A stretch of 15,936 nt of DNA from a virus, in IMG/VR virus record IMGVR_UViG_3300045988_158671, positions 1 through 15,936 of that record, one strand, 5' to 3'. Below the pieces are notes generated by a model. It worked only from the letters and a program-made list of their open reading frames with translations, searched no databases and had not been told where the DNA came from. Of the stretch, positions 14,250 through 15,936 are shown piece by piece. A program made the position numbers and the translations under genes. Numbering within the stretch: the stretch's first letter is position 1; each line of letters begins with the position of its first letter.

Positions 14250-14522
14250 CTATTTTTCTAAAGTATTGTAAAAAAAGTAATCTTTTTTTGTGTTTTTAAA
14301 ATTGTTATATAGGATTTTTGCCATTTTATAGCTTTTAATATAGTGGCTTTCACGGTATTGTTGAGGGTCTTTGTGAATTTCAACAAGTCTATTAAAAAAA
14401 GTATAAGTACCGTTAATGTATGAATCGTTATGTTTAAAGTATTCACATGTTTCCAGGGGTTTTGAGAGTAGAATAACTTTATCTTTGTAATTAATTGAAA
14501 CACGATAAGTAGTAGTTGTCAA
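14250..14522 (-). CDS. Hypothetical 90-aa protein with a TTG start.
   Basis: GGAGG lies 8 nt upstream of the TTG at 14522. The start overlaps the upstream ORF's stop (ATTGA). It is preferred over the overlapping frame 14258..14503, which reads as a low-complexity artefact. Confidence 0.45.
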   Translation of the reverse strand: MTTTTYRVSINYKDKVILLSKPLETCEYFKHNDSYINGTYTFFNRLVEIHKDPQQYRESHYIKSYKMAKILYNNFKNTKKDYFFYNTLEK

Positions 14523-14674
14523 TATAATTCCTCCAATTCAATGTTAATTGTTCGCTGTTCACTAGCTAAGTTGTTATAAATGTTTTTAGCATTGTATTTA
14601 TTTTTAACAATAATTTGACGTTCGTCAATATAACCGTTGTCAAGTTGGGTATGGTATGTGATTAGGTATTTCAT
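14519..14674 (-). CDS. Hypothetical 51-aa protein (MKYLITYHTQLDNGYIDERQIIVKNKYNAKNIYNNLASEQRTINIELEELY).
   Basis: The ATG overlaps the TGA of the 175-aa gene (ATGA). It fills the gap between two called genes. Below the ORF-track cutoff. Confidence 0.35.
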   Translation of the reverse strand: MKYLITYHTQLDNGYIDERQIIVKNKYNAKNIYNNLASEQRTINIELEELY

Positions 14675-15201
14675 CATCTTAGCTCCAAGTCATTATAGTA
14701 AACAATGACAAAAGGATTATTACTTGCACGTTTGTCTTTACCTTTTGAGTATTTTTTAGTTATTCTTTCAAGCTGTCTTGTTAGTCGTTTAATAGCAATA
14801 TCAAGTGCCCGTGTGCTTTCAATATCACGTTGATAAAAGTATTTGGTCATAACGTGACGTGTAATGTTGTCAACACGTTCTGGGTCTCGGTATCTAGCAC
14901 GGTCATAATTAAAATATTCTTGAATTTTTGATACTATTTGGGTAAATTTTGGTGATTGTATATATTTAACGTCATCCTCTGTTAGATTTGTTAAATTAAC
15001 GATATTAGGCTTTGTAATAACAAAAGCGAGCCTATTTAGATTGCGTTCAGCTAGGTATATCATTTTTTCGTTTTTTGGGTGGTTAGGGTCGAATAATGTT
15101 GTTTTTATTGACATGGTAGAGCGAAAGGTATTTCGTGGTGTGTAAGCACCTGTTTTTAATGCTTGTTTTTTGGCTAGCTTTTTTCTTTGACGTTTGTTCA
15201 T
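14674..15201 (-). CDS. Hypothetical 175-aa protein with a highly basic N-terminus (MNKRQRKKLAKKQALK...). It could be a DNA-binding protein or a terminal protein.
   Basis: RBS AAAGAG. The start overlaps the upstream stop (ATGA). It is the largest early ORF of unknown function. No motif was recognised. Confidence 0.5.
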   Translation of the reverse strand: MNKRQRKKLAKKQALKTGAYTPRNTFRSTMSIKTTLFDPNHPKNEKMIYLAERNLNRLAFVITKPNIVNLTNLTEDDVKYIQSPKFTQIVSKIQEYFNYDRARYRDPERVDNITRHVMTKYFYQRDIESTRALDIAIKRLTRQLERITKKYSKGKDKRASNNPFVIVYYNDLELR

Positions 15202-15599
15202 TTTTTAACTCTTTCAATTTCAAAATTAATGTAGTCTTTTGCTTTTTCTAGGTCAGTTAGAATGTTTTCACCTTTTTTCTTACCAGCTCGGCAAACATAT
15301 TTAACAACGTTCCCAAGGTTAAAATTAAGGTCTTGGGCGTTGATAAGGTAGAAAGGTTGGATTGTTCCTTGATAGTTAGGAGGAGTGATTGTGTTATTAA
15401 TTGTTGGTTGTTCATTGTTGTGTTCCTTTAGAGCTTTTTTAATTGCAATTTGTTTTACTAGTTTAATTTCTTGCTCACGCATATTTTTTTGAATAGATTT
15501 AAGATAGTTAATACCTTCATCACTGACACACATTTCAATACATTTGTCAATGTTTTTAATATCGTTTTGAATTGTTTTTAATAGTTGTTTGTCTAACAT
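15198..15599 (-). CDS. Hypothetical 133-aa protein with a DUF3310-like C-terminal motif.
   Basis: GNVVKYVCRAGKKKG...DLEKAKDYINFEI resembles the GNxxKYxxRxxxK...DLxKAxxYL signature of DUF3310, recalled from memory. The true start is ATG at 15599, 7 nt after GGAGGTG. The track's MRRCNI extension is the RBS region. Confidence 0.5.
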   Translation of the reverse strand: MLDKQLLKTIQNDIKNIDKCIEMCVSDEGINYLKSIQKNMREQEIKLVKQIAIKKALKEHNNEQPTINNTITPPNYQGTIQPFYLINAQDLNFNLGNVVKYVCRAGKKKGENILTDLEKAKDYINFEIERVKK

Positions 15600-15603
15600 G
15601 ATG

Positions 15604-15771
15604 TTACACCTCCGCAAAATAATAGTCTAATTTTAAATATGACTCACTATAATTGTGTAGTTCAATATCCATAAACTCTTTTAGTTCATAAACACTTTCA
15701 AATTCTGCTATAAATGTGTCAATTATTTCATCTGTTTTTATATTATAAACATCTACTTGATATTCTTTCAC
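15604..15771 (-). CDS. Hypothetical acidic microprotein, 55 aa from GTG at 15771 (59 aa from TTG at 15783). It is a paralogue of the left-terminal ORF 163..315.
   Basis: The frame opens just inside the imperfect ITR extension. The start context AAGAAAGTTGGTAA is shared with the left end. It ends at TAA just before the downstream gene's RBS. Acidic, with many D and E residues. Confidence 0.35.
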   Translation of the reverse strand: MKEYQVDVYNIKTDEIIDTFIAEFESVYELKEFMDIELHNYSESYLKLDYYFAEV

Positions 15772-15810
15772 GGTTGTTACCAACTTTCTTTATTTCTTAT
15801 TTACATATAT

Positions 15811-15839
15811 ATTATAGCAATAGTAGATAGCATAGTCAA
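15811..15839 (-). promoter_or_regulatory. Mirror-image sigma70-like promoter at the right ITR boundary, facing inward (leftward).
   Basis: The -35 lies inside the perfect ITR. The -10 TATAAT is conserved in the imperfect ITR extension. Confidence 0.5.
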
Positions 15840-15936
15840 CATGAAACTGTTTTCAGAAAGCACTTACATTTATATTTTATTGTTAGTGCTATGAAAGCTT
15901 GTTTTCATTGGTGATACATATTGGTAGTGATATGTC
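15818..15936. repeat. Right inverted terminal repeat (mirror of 1..119).
   Basis: The reverse complement of the last 119 nt equals the first 119 nt. Confidence 0.9.

Noticed and set aside
14258-14503. An 81-aa - strand ORF that overlaps the 90-aa ORF in another frame.
   Set aside because: The 14250..14522 frame has a GGAGG RBS and is translationally coupled to the upstream gene. The alternative frame is an Ile/Leu/Lys-rich artefact of AT-rich sequence.
1-15936. Looked for CRISPR arrays, tRNAs, integrases and att sites.
   Set aside because: None found. The only repeats are the ITRs and the 42-bp SSB duplication. No cloverleaf-like tRNA candidates or tyrosine or serine recombinase motifs were seen.

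Overview
This window appears to be a complete linear genome of a small phi29-like (Picovirinae-type) podophage of a low-GC Gram-positive host. It is 15,936 bp, and its first 119 bp are the exact reverse complement of its last 119 bp. A weaker match continues to about position 160. The two arms converge. The left and late genes lie on the + strand from 163 to 10191 and run in this order: four microproteins, an acidic 60-aa protein, the scaffold, a 53-aa ORF, the major capsid protein, a gp10-like connector, a lower collar, two GC-rich tail-fibre genes, a gp9-like tail knob, a tail lysin with CHAP and SLT-like domains, a gp14-like holin, a 70-aa ORF and an HNH homing endonuclease that has no ATG start. 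The early and replication genes lie on the - strand from 15783 down to 10183 and run in this order: an acidic microprotein, a DUF3310-like protein, a basic 175-aa protein, two small ORFs, an SSB carrying an in-frame 42-bp tandem duplication, a gp16-like packaging ATPase and a protein-primed family-B DNA polymerase. The two arms meet at a bidirectional terminator whose hairpin lies inside the overlapping 3' ends of the HNH and polymerase genes. Near-consensus sigma70 promoters straddle both ITR boundaries and face inward, and further promoters sit at 750-778 and on the - strand at 14220-14248. Intrinsic terminators follow the capsid gene (UUCG tetraloop), the 233-aa fibre gene, the lysin gene and the SSB gene. 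I found no tRNA, CRISPR array or integrase. No terminal-protein gene sits next to the polymerase, and the only peptidoglycan hydrolase I can see is the tail lysin. All homology calls rest on motifs I recognised by eye; no database search was possible.
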